From Lama glama (taxonomy: Eukaryota): a DNA stretch of 64,000 bases. Positions 24,927 to 37,854 of the stretch are shown here, piece by piece. Below the pieces are notes generated by a model. That model had not been told where the DNA came from. It did not search any database and was given only the letters and a program-made list of their open reading frames with translations. The translations under genes were made by a program, and so were the position numbers. Location of the stretch: assembly GCA_028534125.1 (NCBI GenBank), contig CM052832.1, positions 8,620,001 to 8,684,000 on the forward strand. The letters run 5' to 3'. Within the stretch, counting starts at the first letter, position 1; each line of letters begins with the position of its first letter.

Positions 24927-26679
24927 TGCATTCAGGTAATTTTTGAGATAAGATTTCGGCATATTTCAGGGCAGAGAAAAAAAGCCCATAAACAGAGGAA
25001 GAAGAGAGTTATTAATGTAGAAGGTTAATATGGAAGATTTCTGCTGTATGTTCCTTACTAAATAAAATCTTTCTATCTCTTTATTCAGTCAGTTAAATCA
25101 AGATTTAAAGGCCTGAATTTGGTTTTTAATGCTAATTAATAAAATTACAGCCTTTAAAAGAAAGTCTCAAAAATTAGCAAAAAGTTGTCTATAAAAGAAA
25201 TGTAAATATCCCTCTTCCTGTAGCAACTGAGGGAGAAAGATCATGCTGCATTATAAGACCAGTTCAAGGAATCTGATTTGATAAAGTGTTAAACTGAGAA
25301 AATTTGCAAAAGTGTCTATTTTATTTTCCATTTCCATTTATGCAAAATGGCGACTTGGTGACTATTCATCACTATTATCAACTTGCTCTGTTCTCTCTTA
25401 ATAGAAATATATCATTGAAAGTATAATTAGAATTGAGGGGTCATATATGACTTTTGTCTTGGATAAATTACTTTCAAAATAACCCTGTAGTTCTTATTAG
25501 TTCTCTTACTTGATCATGTATTTGATTTGTTGCCCTAGTAATATCGTGCTAATAAGTATTTCTATGTTTCTCAACAGCACAAATACTGTAAGTATAAATG
25601 CTATCTCCTCAAATCTGAAGAGAATGATTGGCATAATGTGAAATATGAAAACCCCTGACTCTGCTAGGTTTTTTATTTTCACGAAGAGTTTGAGTCTGTT
25701 CTCATTTAAATTAATACCGAAGAATGGGAGTAATTGTGAAAGAAGCTCCCTCCAGAGGCAGGAAAGCATAAAAATTATTTACAATTATAATAGTTGTGTG
25801 GTTACAAAGTTACATAATCACATGTGCCAAGAAAATATAGTTCATTTTCTATAACTGATCAAATCTTCACAACCCCAATAGCACTAGTTGGCTGGTAACT
25901 TAAACTTGCCATTTAATAGAATTTCTATCTCTTTTGGTTTAAACAGATTCTTTTTGGCAAAACAACCCCTCAGGTCTTCATATGGCCTCCTCCTCTTCTT
26001 GCTTCTTCTATATGTCTTCTGGGTGTGTGAATGGGCTATGTGACTTCTTGGTGAATGGAGAGAGAGAGTCCTAAATCTGCTTTCACAGGGTCTCTGGTAC
26101 TTCTGCTTTCTGGAACAGTTTTATTTTTCTGTCTTTCTGATCACTGGAAACCTTACTGGCAACTGCCCTTGAAGTCTGCATGCAATGAAGTTTTGGTATA
26201 ATCGCTTGGCTTAGTCAGACTCAGTGGTGCCTTCATTGATAACTCTGTCTCACATTGGCTCCCGCTGGCACTGGAGATCTCTCTGGGTATCATCCATGTC
26301 CTTCATAAGCTGCTGGTTCAAGCTGAAACACTGATCCTCTGAAACACTGTTTAGGAGGCTGCCCTGTGCTCTCTTTGCCTACTTTTCTGTGCATAGCAAG
26401 GGAGGGAGGGGAATCGAGGCCCAAGTCACCCAAATCCTGAATCCCTCAAAGTTCAAGTTCTTTACCTCTGCCTTCCTTGACTCAAGGAATTTTTAATTTC
26501 TTCTGGGACTATAGACCAAAAGACCTGCCTTAGAAAATATTCTTTTAAGATTATTGTTTATAAATTTATTGATTGGGTTTTTCAGGCTCATGGGTTTTTA
26601 TACTGAAAATTTTTCTCTCAAACTATTTTCTCCACTATGAGCTTAAAATAGCAATTTGCTAATGCAAGAGTTGATTAAA

Positions 26680-26930
26680 GACATCAAAAGATGCTGTTAA
26701 GAAAGTCAGAAGGCAAGCTGATGTATGGAGAAATCATTTGCAATGCATAAAACTGGCAAAGGACTCAGGGCAGAATATATAAAGAACACATAAAAATCAA
26801 TAAGAAAAAGAGAGACTATCCAATAGAAAAATAGGCAAGAGAATTAAGCAAGCAATTCACAAGAGGCTATTTGGATGACCAATAAATATATTAAAAGATG
26901 CTCAATCTTATTTATCTTTAGGGACATACA
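26680..26930 (+). mobile_element. LINE-1 ORF2 fragment
   Basis: ggagaaatcatttgcaatgcat...cagaatatataaagaac...gaccaataaatatattaaaagatgctca. Confidence 0.75.
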
Positions 26931-26934
26931 GGAT

Positions 26935-27085
26935 ACATGCCTTTCTTCTGATTGGTTGGTGGTGAGGTAACAGAGTGGTGTTTCAGGAATCTCCATCATC
27001 AGCCTGGTTCCAGCCAGTCTGGAGTGTACGTGCTTGTGCTCAGCCTGAAGTTACCACCCTCCATCTGGGTGGGGACCTTAAGTCC
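26935..27085. mobile_element. ERV LTR fragment
   Basis: ttcttctgattggttggtggtgaggtaacag...gtctggagtgtacgtgcttgtg resembles laurasiatherian ERV1 LTRs (from recall). Confidence 0.5.
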
Positions 27086-28894
27086 TCTGAGTGAAATAAA
27101 TCCAATGAACATAGCCAGATTTGAAGCCATATGACGATGGCTGTCTACAAAGTGAAAATAATTGGGTGATCGAATGTTTGTGCATGGGACAGAAGAGGTC
27201 TTCCCTAGTTGTCTTTGTTCATTCTGCACATGCATGTGTGTTGGTTGGGGTAGGGGGTGCTCACTCCCTGGTGAAGATTTGCGGATTTATCCTGATGTGT
27301 CCAGAAGTGATGGGAAAGATGGTCCATGTCTTCTCTCTGTGATTGCATTGTCAAGAACTCAGCTGCCATCCATCTTCTTCCAGGTTTTCACTCACAGAAA
27401 GTTTAAGCACTCTTTGAACCTGACTTCCTGAGAAAGCAGAGAACAACCCACATGAGGGCATCCAGAAGGCTTAGTACCGCCATTTAAGAAAAACGACCCA
27501 AGAAGCAGTGGCACAGGCCCCTCATCACATTTCATGGGGTGTGAACAGGGAACATTTTCCTCCCACAGACACTCCATGCCAGCCACGTGTCCCAGAGTCA
27601 CAGTCTAGTGAGTCTTTGGGTGGCTTTTTCTAGTGGTTGCATTGGGAACTCAGAAGGCCTTCCAATTTGAAGACTCATCCTCAGTTCTTTGTATACTATT
27701 TTGTTTCTTTGATAATTTCTTCCTCACCTTAATGGCTGATCTCTCTGGAATTTCTGTTAGTCAGATGTTAAATTTCTTGAACTGATCATCTAATCTTTTA
27801 AAGTCTTATTTTTCTCTATTGTCCATCTGTTTGGCATTTATTTACTTTCCAGGAGATGTCCTTGTCCTTAAATTCCATTCTTCAGTTTAAATTGTTGTTT
27901 TGCCTACTATATTTTTAATATCCAAGTATTCTTTCTCATTTTATTGTTATAGCCTGTTTCTCTTGTTTCATGATTATAATACCATCTCATATCTTTTTGA
28001 AGATATATAACTTTTAGTTTTAATTTTCTTTTGGCTCCATTTCTTTCTCTGTTCCCCTGAGTTTCTTCTTCTTCTTTTTGCTTATTTTATCTTGATGTTC
28101 AGGTTAAAGGTGGTTTTCAGCTGATGATCCTTGACTGACACTTGCATTTAAGGGAGGGGCACTAGGAAGCTCAGTATCTCTAGGTGCGTGGTGTGGGCTT
28201 GTAGACAAATGAGCTTCACTGCAGAGTTCCTCAAATGTCAGTACCTGTAGATCTTTTCTCTAGGATGATTCAGTTTCTTCAAAGGAGAATCCTCCAGTCT
28301 CCTGGCTGGGAGTAGGGGCCTGCCTGCTTGCATTCCGGAAGCAGATAAACACAGGATTGGAAAGTCTTGCAAGACTTTTGTCCTGTTTTCTCTATAATAC
28401 CTCATCACTGTGCTCTGCAGTGGAGATTCCTCCAGAAATAACCTCCCATCTTCTGCTAGAGAAAGGAAAGAGCAGTCTCCCAGCTACATGGGCTAGAGGA
28501 AGAGATTGAGGGATCCAACTGCCCCTTATACCAACTTTCAACCCAATTCTACTATTTCTGCATTACCCCCAATCCCTCCTTCAGAGGTGCCTGGGGTCTC
28601 TAAGGCAGAGTTCTGCTTATGAATCATCTGGTTTCTTCCTGGCTACCTCCCTGCATGCCTAAGTTTCTGCTTTGCTAAGTCAGTTACCCACCACCACCCA
28701 CTTCCTGGCTTCCTAAATTTTGTCAGCATCTCCTGTCTGCTCTCGTCATTCCTCCCATTCCCTTTGTCTTTGTGTAGTTGTGACTTTTATTAAAAAAATT
28801 CCCTTATTGCCTTTATTTTCTTCTTAAATTGAAGTAACATGCACAAAACTACAAAAAATTATTTTAAAGTGAACAATCAGTGGTGTTTAGAATA

Positions 28895-28985
28895 TTCCTA
28901 TCTCCAAATAAGGTCACATTCTGAGGTACTAGGGGTTAGGACTCCAACATATCTTTTTCTGGGGGACAAAATTCAACCCATAAAG
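28895..28985. mobile_element. MLT1 LTR end fragment
   Basis: ctatctccaaataaggtcacattctgaggtactaggggttaggact...aattcaacccataa. Confidence 0.75.
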
Positions 28986-29099
28986 GGGGCACAGATATTA
29001 GGCAGGGATCAGCACTATCTGCCACACTAACTTAGAGAAAGAATCATTAAGCTTGTCATCTGTAGCAGGGGAAGGAGGTTGTCCGGGCAAAGGTAGGCT

Positions 29100-30480
29100 G
29101 GGAATAAGCATCAAAGTCCACAAGGGAAAAGAGAGCTTCTATTTGATGTGGGTGTCAAAGGGGGTGCCCTGGCAGCAGCAGGTGGCACAGGGTGTCAGAG
29201 GCCAAGTCAGGTGAGAAGAGTATCTGCACAGGGGAAGGCATGGTGATGGCAGTGGGAGACTGGCTACATACAGGGCAGCTGACTGATAAGTAAAGTTATT
29301 AAAGATCAGGGTTTCTCATTGTCACTGAAGGGAATAACACATATGGAAAGGGAGGAAAGTAGAATGAGCCCTGTGGAGTTGTATTGTTAGAGATGTCAGT
29401 GTGAACTCATGTTATTCAAGATGGAAATGGATAGATGGATGGACGGATGGATAGATAGAGAAATAGGTATATGTATATATGTGTACATATAAATACACAT
29501 ATATTTTCTAGTTCTGTCCACTGAGAAGGCTGGGATGTGGTGACACCCCAGTAGCAATGAACACACCTTGTGACTGGATCTTGGTTTCTAAATATTATTC
29601 CTCACTGAAAGGAACCAAGGCTCCTTGCAGGAATGGCTGAATCCACCCCTGGGGCAAGGAAACAACAAGATAAACCTGAACATTTTGTTATACCCAAAAG
29701 GACGGAAGTATTCAAAGAATAATGGAAATATGTCAAAAGAACACAGAATGAGCTCTCACTGGCCAAACTGCGAGCACTCTGGGGATCAAAATAAATAATG
29801 ATAGTAACAGATTACTATTCACTGACTAGAATAGGAAACCATAAGTCTACAGTGATAGAAATGAATTAAATGTATGATGAGGAACAGGATATTTAGAATT
29901 TAAAATACCTCTCTACAGAAGACTTATTAATTACTAAAGAAAAAAGTAACTTCACAGTAGAGAAGCTTGGCAGACACCACCTTAATCAAGTGATGAAAGG
30001 GCACATTATTAGTACTGGGAGGGAACATTCGAAATCTTGCACCACCTGAGAAGATGCAATGAGAGGACCATATTATCCATTCTATAATATTCCTACTGAC
30101 GATGCATAATCTGGACCCAACCACGGGGAAACTCCAGCAAACCCAGACTGGGAGACATAAAATAACTGACTTATAATCTTTAAAAACATCAAGATCACAA
30201 GCACCAAGCAAAGAATGAAGAAATGTTCTTGATGAATAAGGCTAAAGAAGTGCGACAGTGAAATGCAATGTACGATTACAATCTAGATCTTCTGGAGACA
30301 ACTAGAAACTCTTGAATGGAGTTCTGAGAATTATACAGTAGTTACGTATTTGTATTTTATTGGACTTATGTAAGAGAATGTCCTTATTTTGGGAAACACC
30401 TGCTAAAGTAGCAATTTTCTCTCAAATCGCTCAAAACCAGAAAAAGCTGTATAATTTGTACCTTTTTCAAAATAATAATA
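29100..30480 (+). mobile_element. Old L1MC-type 3' region
   Basis: aaagtaacttcacagtagagaagcttggcagacaccaccttaatcaagtgat and related motifs. Confidence 0.7.
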
Positions 30481-30691
30481 TCTAAGAAATACCAAAAAAA
30501 AGAACAAAAAGAAACAAGAAGTACATGCCTAAATCATCTTTGAATCAAGAGGAAATAAAGATTGAAATGAGAATTAATTAGGAAGCAGGGCTAGTTTTAA
30601 GCAACACCTGTTATTAGGCTAGATACCAAGTGTGCAAAGAAAGAGCTAGATTAGCTCAGGTTTAAAGCCTTAAATTCAGATATATTTAAAT

Positions 30692-30846
30692 CTATATAGC
30701 ACAGGGAACTATGTTCAATATCTTGTAATAACCTTTAATGAAAAAAATGAAAATGAATATATGTATGTATATGCATGACTGGGACATTGTGCTGTACACC
30801 AGAAATTGACACATTGTAATTGACTGTACTTCAATTTAAAAGAAAA
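30692..30846 (+). mobile_element. Short 5'-truncated artiodactyl-type L1 3' end
   Basis: tatagcacagggaactatgttcaatatcttgtaataacc...gctgtacaccagaaattgacaca...acttcaatttaaaagaaaa. Confidence 0.85.
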
Positions 30847-31189
30847 GGTTAATTTAAATCACAGAATAAAACTTTTAAAGAATTTCTATAGGAAAACTAT
30901 TTTTGTTATTGGAAGGGCGAAATCCTTTAGGCCTATTTTCCCCCATTTATACAATTATTTTAAAGTTGCTTAATAAATCAAGGTTTCTGAGCTGTGACTG
31001 AAAAGATAGGGCTCTAGATTGGTGTGTGTGTGTGAATCAAATTAATTACTCTAGAGAAGAGCTAAAATTATGACTGATTAATTTGTCTTGCTTTGAAATG
31101 AAATTATGTCTAGAGTATAACTTTACTTAGAATGAAGGTGATTAATTCTTTCTAATTTAATATTTTTTTGGTAAAATTTTAAAAAAATA

Positions 31190-32500
31190 AAGTGATAAAC
31201 TATCTAGAAAGCAATGGAAAAAAAGGAGAGCATTGTATATAAAATCCTATAGGTCACAGAAGAAAGAAATGCATAGCCTTAAATATTTCACTATGGAATT
31301 CTTTTTTTTTTTTGAGGAATTCATTGCCCATTTTATGAAACTACAAAAAGAATGACAGAATAAACCCAAATTGGAGAGAAATAACATCAATAACAACAGA
31401 AAATAATAAATTAGAAAACTAAAAGAACAGTAGAAAGGAAAAAAATAAATCCAAGAGTTAATTATTTGAAAAGACCAATAAAATACATCAACATCTCATG
31501 AATCTGGTTAGGGCACAAAAAGAGAGCAAAAATACCAAGTTTAGGAATAAGAGAGGAGATACATTCACAGACACAAAATAGATCAAAACAATTATGTGCA
31601 ACTCTATGGAAACAAATCTAGAAAAAATGGATATTCTCAAGGAAAAAAATTACTGAAACTGACCTATGGAGATACAGAAAACTTAAAAAGACCAGTTTTC
31701 CCAAAAAAGATTAGGAAGATGATTTATAGGTTTACCCTTAAAGAAGACACCAGAACCAGGTGGTTTCACAGCTGCATTGTATCTATCTGCTAGTAAACAT
31801 ATGATTCCAATGGTGTTTAATTATGCTAGACTATAGGAAAAAATAGGAAGTTTCAGAGTTTCAGGCTTTTTATACGTAGATTTATACTACTGATATGATT
31901 TCTTTAATGGTTATAGGTTTATTAAGGTGTCTATGTCTCCTTAATATAGTTGGGTAAATTGTATTTTTTAAGGGAGCTAATAATTTGTGCAAATTATCAA
32001 ATTATTTGGCACAAAGTTGTTCATATTGTCCCATAACTTTTAAAACTATGATGATCCATGATGGCCAATATGATCGCATAGGTGGTTGACTGCACAAGCT
32101 TATTTGGACAAGGAATGAGTGGGAGCAGCCTGCTCCTGGCTTTCCAGGTAACAAATCCTACATTAGGGCTGCAGCCACCCAAAGGGGAAACCTTTTCTTA
32201 ATTCACACAAAGACACTGTGAGGGCTGGCGGTGGCCTGCCTGAAACTTGTCTGTATTCCCCTTGTCTTTCTAAAATTGTTTATTTGCCCTCTCTCTTTTT
32301 TTCTCTTGATCAATCAATTCTGCCAGAGTTTTGCCTATTTTATTAGTTCACTTCAAAGAATCTTTTTTTTTACTATCTCTGTTGTATCTTTATTTATATT
32401 CAATTAATTTCTGCTTTCATTTTCTTTTACTGCCACTCTTCCTCTTTAAGGTTATTGTGCTGGTTTTTTTCTAAAGTTTTTGAGCTGAAAGCTTAGCTGA
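31190..32500. mobile_element. Degenerate LINE-1 ORF2 fragments in both orientations
   Basis: tttgaaaagaccaataaaat...gcaactctatggaaacaaatctag on +, then T-rich reverse L1 pieces. Confidence 0.65.
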
Positions 32501-32504
32501 ATAA

Positions 32505-32655
32505 TTTTTTTTTTGCCTTTTTTCCTTTTGTTTTATAAGGGGGAGGTAATTGGGTTTATTTATTGATTTGTATTAGGAGGAGGTACTGGATATTGAACCA
32601 AGGACCTCGTGCAGGCTAAGCATGAGCTCTACCTCTTAAGCTATACCCTCCCCCC
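32505..32655 (-). mobile_element. Vic-1-like SINE (long form)
   Basis: attgaaccaaggacctcgtgcaggctaagcatgagctctacc...ctataccctccccc; TSD tagctgaataattt / tagctgactaattt. Confidence 0.88.
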
Positions 32656-34959
32656 GTAGCTGACTAATTTATGACTTTTCCAATATACACAACTGGGACT
32701 ATACATTTCTCTTTATAAATCACTTTATCTGCATCCAATAAGGGTTTAAAAATTTGTTTCTATACTAATTTTTTTGAACTATAGTTGATGTACAATATTA
32801 TAGCAAGCAATTTATGTTTTTAAACATATGCCTTCCATTGACCGAATTCCACCCCATGGGGTAATATGTCTCTCATACTTCCACATTGCACATAAGAGTT
32901 TATACCTTAAAAAACAAACAAAACTCTTTACTGTCAATTTACTGGGGTTTAGGAACTTAATAGTGATAAATGCATAGATTGAATCTACCATGTTTAACAT
33001 AATATCCTATTTTCTAATTGGTTATTACTGGCGTATAGGGAGCAGCTAAGCTAAGTTCTCATATAAAGACTGTCAATATTTTCGTCCCACCCTCTTGGCA
33101 CACAGCTTCTCATAAGGCTATAGCCCCAAGCAGAAGGTTGGCAATAGTTCTGTTCATCTTGCATGTATGGGCAGGAATGTCCTTGGCTTCAAGCTGAAAA
33201 CCTGGCCCAGGTCCTCCACTTCCTGGAAGGCACTTACATCTCCATCCACAGGAGCCAAATCTTTAACAGCTACCCTTGCTTCCAGACTTGTTTTGCAGCT
33301 CAGGAGGTCTGTGGCTTCAGCAAATTCACAGAGGTGTTCATCTTGTATTAAAGCTTTGGTCTCTTTACTTCATCCTTTTCAAGTTTTACCTGTCATTGCT
33401 GTATGTCTGCTACAGGTGTGTGTGTGCATGTTTGTGTGTGCGTGCGTGCAAGCCTTAAGCCATTTCACCATTTTCATTAGAAGTCTAGTAAAAGTTTCTT
33501 GAATTGATGATAGACAATAGTAGTGACACAATGTTAATTAGATTCTCCCTGATGTTTTTGGAGTTTCAGCAAAAACCTCAAAAGCTGAAAGCAACACAAT
33601 AGATGCCAGGTACCCTCTTCTTGCATCTACCACAAAGGGAGATGAGAAGAGATTGTGAACCAGTCTCCAGCATTACTTATTATACACATCAAGTTTGTAT
33701 TAGAGAGTAAAAATTGTATTGAGGAGTTATCTGTGGGCTCTATATTTCCTAACCCACCATCCTAGGGAGGGAGATGATTTTTTTTCCCCTTTTGCCTAAA
33801 GCCAAGTGAGATAGAGGCCTCCACCAGCACCTCTCAGACTGTTTGGCTTTTATCTCCTGGACTTAGAAGTCCATAGGGACTAATGTCCTAACTCCCACCA
33901 AGGAAGTCCAAAAGCAAGATGCTGGCTGAGCCACCTCCCTGGGATGGTGAGTAAGGTGGATGGCATGGAGAGTGAGCTGTGCTGCCCTTGCCAGCAGGGC
34001 AAAGATGCATGAGTTGTCCTGTGGGTCAAGTGTACCCAGATGGAAAACAACCTGGAGTCATTGAAAGAGGATCCTTCCCATGAGGGATGCTCAGAGAGGA
34101 AAGGGACCTCAGGAGAGTAAGTTTTACGTAGGATGAACCTCCAGAAGGCCAAGAATTGGGGAGTGGCGTCATAGGCAGTCAGTCAACCAGAGGAGAGGCA
34201 TCGCCTAGGTCCCAGCAAGAGAGTCATAAAAAAGCCCACAAAGGTGACAAGAGAGAAAGAGCTAACATCTGTGAGTCCTCCATGTCCATAGGGAACTGAC
34301 TTTCAAAGATAACAGCATCCTGTACCAACCGGGAAAAACTGTACCCCCATTCCCTAATTCCTTCTCTTACATCAAATCCTGGGGGAGGGAGATTCCAAAA
34401 TAGCAGCTGGCCTGCAGGAGAGGACAGGTAAATTCTGAGGAGTAAAGGCAGGGATGTGGAGAAGCCTGGCACACCTCCCTTCATCACAGAGAGCTTCACA
34501 CCTGAAGCAGGCAAGAGCTGGGGGAGGTGAGAACCTTTAGCTTGAATGAAGTTTAGAGGTGATCTATGTTGAGAGCAAGTGTGAAGGGGAAGCAGGAGAG
34601 TTTTCCAATTGTATACCAAGGAGGCCAGCTCCCTTGATAAAAAGTTATTCAATATTACAGGACTGAGGAGGAAAAGCTGATACAGTGTATAACCAACCCA
34701 GATTTAGAATGTATTGACTCCAGGTATCTATAAGCTTGCCTACTCACATTTTCTTCATGTTTACTTAGATCCCACCAAGAGCATGGGTAACCAAAATTCA
34801 TATGTAGGTTAATAAAGACAGAGTATACACCTCATGCAGGTTTTTCTTTTTTTTTTATTAAAATAATTTTACAGTTTTTTGTTATATAAATTATATAAAT
34901 AACCCCAAATCCAGAAAATACACATAAAAAACAAAACAAAACAACCCCAAAACCCCTCC

Positions 34960-35350
34960 ATCATAGTCATATTAGGCAAGGTTATGCTGTGGTAGCAAAT
35001 TATACCTCAAAATCTCAATGCTGAATACAACAAAGTTTTATTTCATGCTCATGGAACATGTCCAACTTAGGATGGAGGTGGTACTCTGCTCCACACAATC
35101 ATTCAAGGACCCAGCCTAACAGGCTACACTATCTGGAACATGTGACTTAGTTGCCACAGCAAGAGAACAGAGAGCATCTTATTAGTACTCTTTCCTGATT
35201 GGGCCTGGAAGTGATATAAGGTGCTTCCATTCACAGTTTATAGTGACTAGATATAGTCACAAGACTCTCCTTTTTGAAAGGAGCAGGAAGTGTCCTCTTC
35301 CTTGTGCCCAAAATGAGAGGAGATCCACACATCGCTGAGACCTGGTAAAG
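34960..35350. mobile_element. Old MLT1-type LTR
   Basis: ggttatgctgtggtagcaaattatacctcaaaatctcaatgctgaatacaacaaagttttatttc. Confidence 0.65.
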
Positions 35351-37392
35351 TCCCCTAGATCTCCTAATCCCACCACCTCAGAGATGACTAAAATCAACTT
35401 CCCTAGACATTTTACATAGCAACTTCACTTACCTAGGCTGTCAGACAGGGCTTTTATGCTACTGGGCTAATATATTTGAATCTCTGAGTGCAGTTCTCTG
35501 TTGCACGGGACACATTGTGAAATATGCTTTTAGACTGCTCAGAAAACGTGCAGGTAACTCAGATTTTCTTATTAAGAGCTATCAATTTCTCAGATTGCTT
35601 TACTTTCTTCTATTTCTACCATAAATCCTGGTATTTAGTTTTCTTTTCACAAAGAAATCTCATTTTAAAATATTTCTTTACTGTCAAATTACATGACCAA
35701 AAGAAAAGAATTGAAGTGGATAATGAGCATTTGGCAGCGTTCATTCATTAGCTGATAACTCATTCTCTCACCATAACTTCCCAGTATACAGATAATCCCA
35801 ATTCACATTTCAAACAAAATTGACTATCCATCTGTAAAAAATAATTTTAGATTTTAATTTAATGGATTTGCGAGGACCTATACAAAAATACCACGTAAAT
35901 TAAATATGAGAAACAAAATAATTAAAGTGTTAACAAAATATATGGAAGACTATATTAAGAACCTTGACATGATGAAAGCTACCGTTAGCCACAAAATCCA
36001 AGTTAGGAATCGGAAATTCAAACGCCTATGAGCAGCAAGTATGTTGAGTGAAGTAAGCAGAGTGTGAGAAAAATGAACTCGTAAATATTTTACTGTCTTT
36101 TTATTGAGCTATGATGTAAGCAAATGCCATTATACAAACATGTGAAATTGGATGTTTTAACTTAGAAAAATATAAATTAGAAAACAGAAATCTTTAATGA
36201 TTTTTTTCCCTGCCTTTGCTTTGGAAGCAGAAACCTGATTTTCATACCAATTTCAGGTTTTGTGTTTCTAGTTGATAGATGAAAACCTATTATTGTGAAG
36301 AGTTTGCTTAGGGTGAACAATTTTTTTTAATGTTTTGGCCACTGTTTTTCTTTTATGTGTCGTCTTTTTCTTGACTATTGTACTCTGTATGCAGGACCCT
36401 GAGACGGGACTACCACCACAGCCAAGCGTCCAGGAAAATTCTGGCCATAGATTAGGGGTTCGAATCGCTCGCAAAAACTCTCCAAAATTTGTCATGATGT
36501 GGATCCCCGGTGGTGAGTGACCTTCCTCATAAGTGTACCTACCGGTTGAGACAATTTTATTCTGAGGTCCGCTTTCCGTTTGATTCTCGCTCCCGAATCC
36601 GCCCCCGTTCGTCACTTTCCCATCCTCCATTTCAGCCTCTGAAAAACAGGCAAACTGGAACGTAAACTAACTGAAGGCTGTCGTGCGGCTTCTGTGGGGG
36701 CCGGGACTTCGTTGGTCGCTCCTGCCGAGGTGCGTTAAAGTCCGACATACCTAACCCTTTGGGGTTATTTACATTCCCATCAATTATAACCATTATTGTC
36801 CTAACGTAAATGAATGCGGTGGGAGATAGGGAAAAGGCAAAGATGCTCCCGCCCCCTCGAAGCCCGCCGCGTCGTGATGCTTCAAGCATCCCCGGAAGAA
36901 CCGGCTCCGCTCCCCCTAATCCCTTCCCTTCCGCTAAGCCCACCCCGCGAGGAGCCCTCGGAGTCACGTGGCCTCCGGGGGAGGGGAAGTGGGCGGCCCA
37001 GCGGCCGCCATCTTGCCGGTGTGGAGGCGGAGCGTGAGGGACGCAGGTCGCGCGCTTCCCCTCCCCTCCCCTCCCCTCCCCTCGCCTGGCCTCGCGCCGC
37101 CTTCCGCGCTCCTCCCCGCTTCTGGCTCTTGTGGCCGCTGCCTGAGTGGAGGAGCAGGGAGCTCCGGAAGGCGGGGGGGTGTGTCGAGCGAGTGCTCGCG
37201 CCCTCTAACCGCCAGCCACGGGGGCGCGCTCGGCTGGGCCCCTGTGGTGGCGCGGGGCCGAGGGGAGGGGGCCGCTCCGGCTGTGGGGGCGGCGCGCGGC
37301 GGCCGTGGCGGCCCGGGCTGCAGCTGCGGCGGCGCGCTGGGGGCCCGCGTCCGGGGTGCCCCCGGGTCCGAGCTGCAGCCGCTGTCGGAGCC

Positions 37393-37854
37393 ATGTACCG
37401 CAGCGGCTCCCGCTCCTCCGTCTCTTCGCACCGGCCTAAAGAGAGCGGCGGGGGCGGCCCGCGCACCGGCCGCAGCTCCGGCTCCTCCTCAGGCCCGGCT
37501 CGCCGCACCTCTCCGCCGTCCTCCGGCTCCTCCTCGTCGCGGACGCCGGCTCGCCGACCCCGCTCGCCCTCAGGGCACCGCGGCCGCCGGGCCTCGCCGT
37601 CCCCGCCGCGGGGCCGCCGCGGCTCCCCGTCCCCGCCCCGCGGCCGCCGGGCCTCACCGTCCCCGCCGCGGGGTCGTCGCGTCTCCCCTTCCCCACCGCG
37701 GACCCGTCGCGGCTCCCCGTCGCCGCCACCGCCGCGGGGCCGACGACTCTTCCCGCCGGGCTCGGCCGGTTTCCGAGGCAGCAGCCGGGGGGAGTCCCGC
37801 GCCGACTTCGCCCGGGACGGCCGCGGAGACCATCCAGGCGACAGTGGCAGCCGG
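37393..37854 (+). CDS. ZNF318: ZNF318 coding exon 1 (R/S/P-rich)
   Basis: GCCATGT start; CGG|GTAATC donor; 462 nt. Confidence 0.93.

Noticed and set aside
33040..33420. Protein-like minus-strand frame (ETKALIQDEHLCEFAEATDLLSCK...)
   Set aside because: Only about 70 codons, with no start, polyA, TSD or recognisable homologue. It could be a pseudogene fragment but cannot be supported without blastx.
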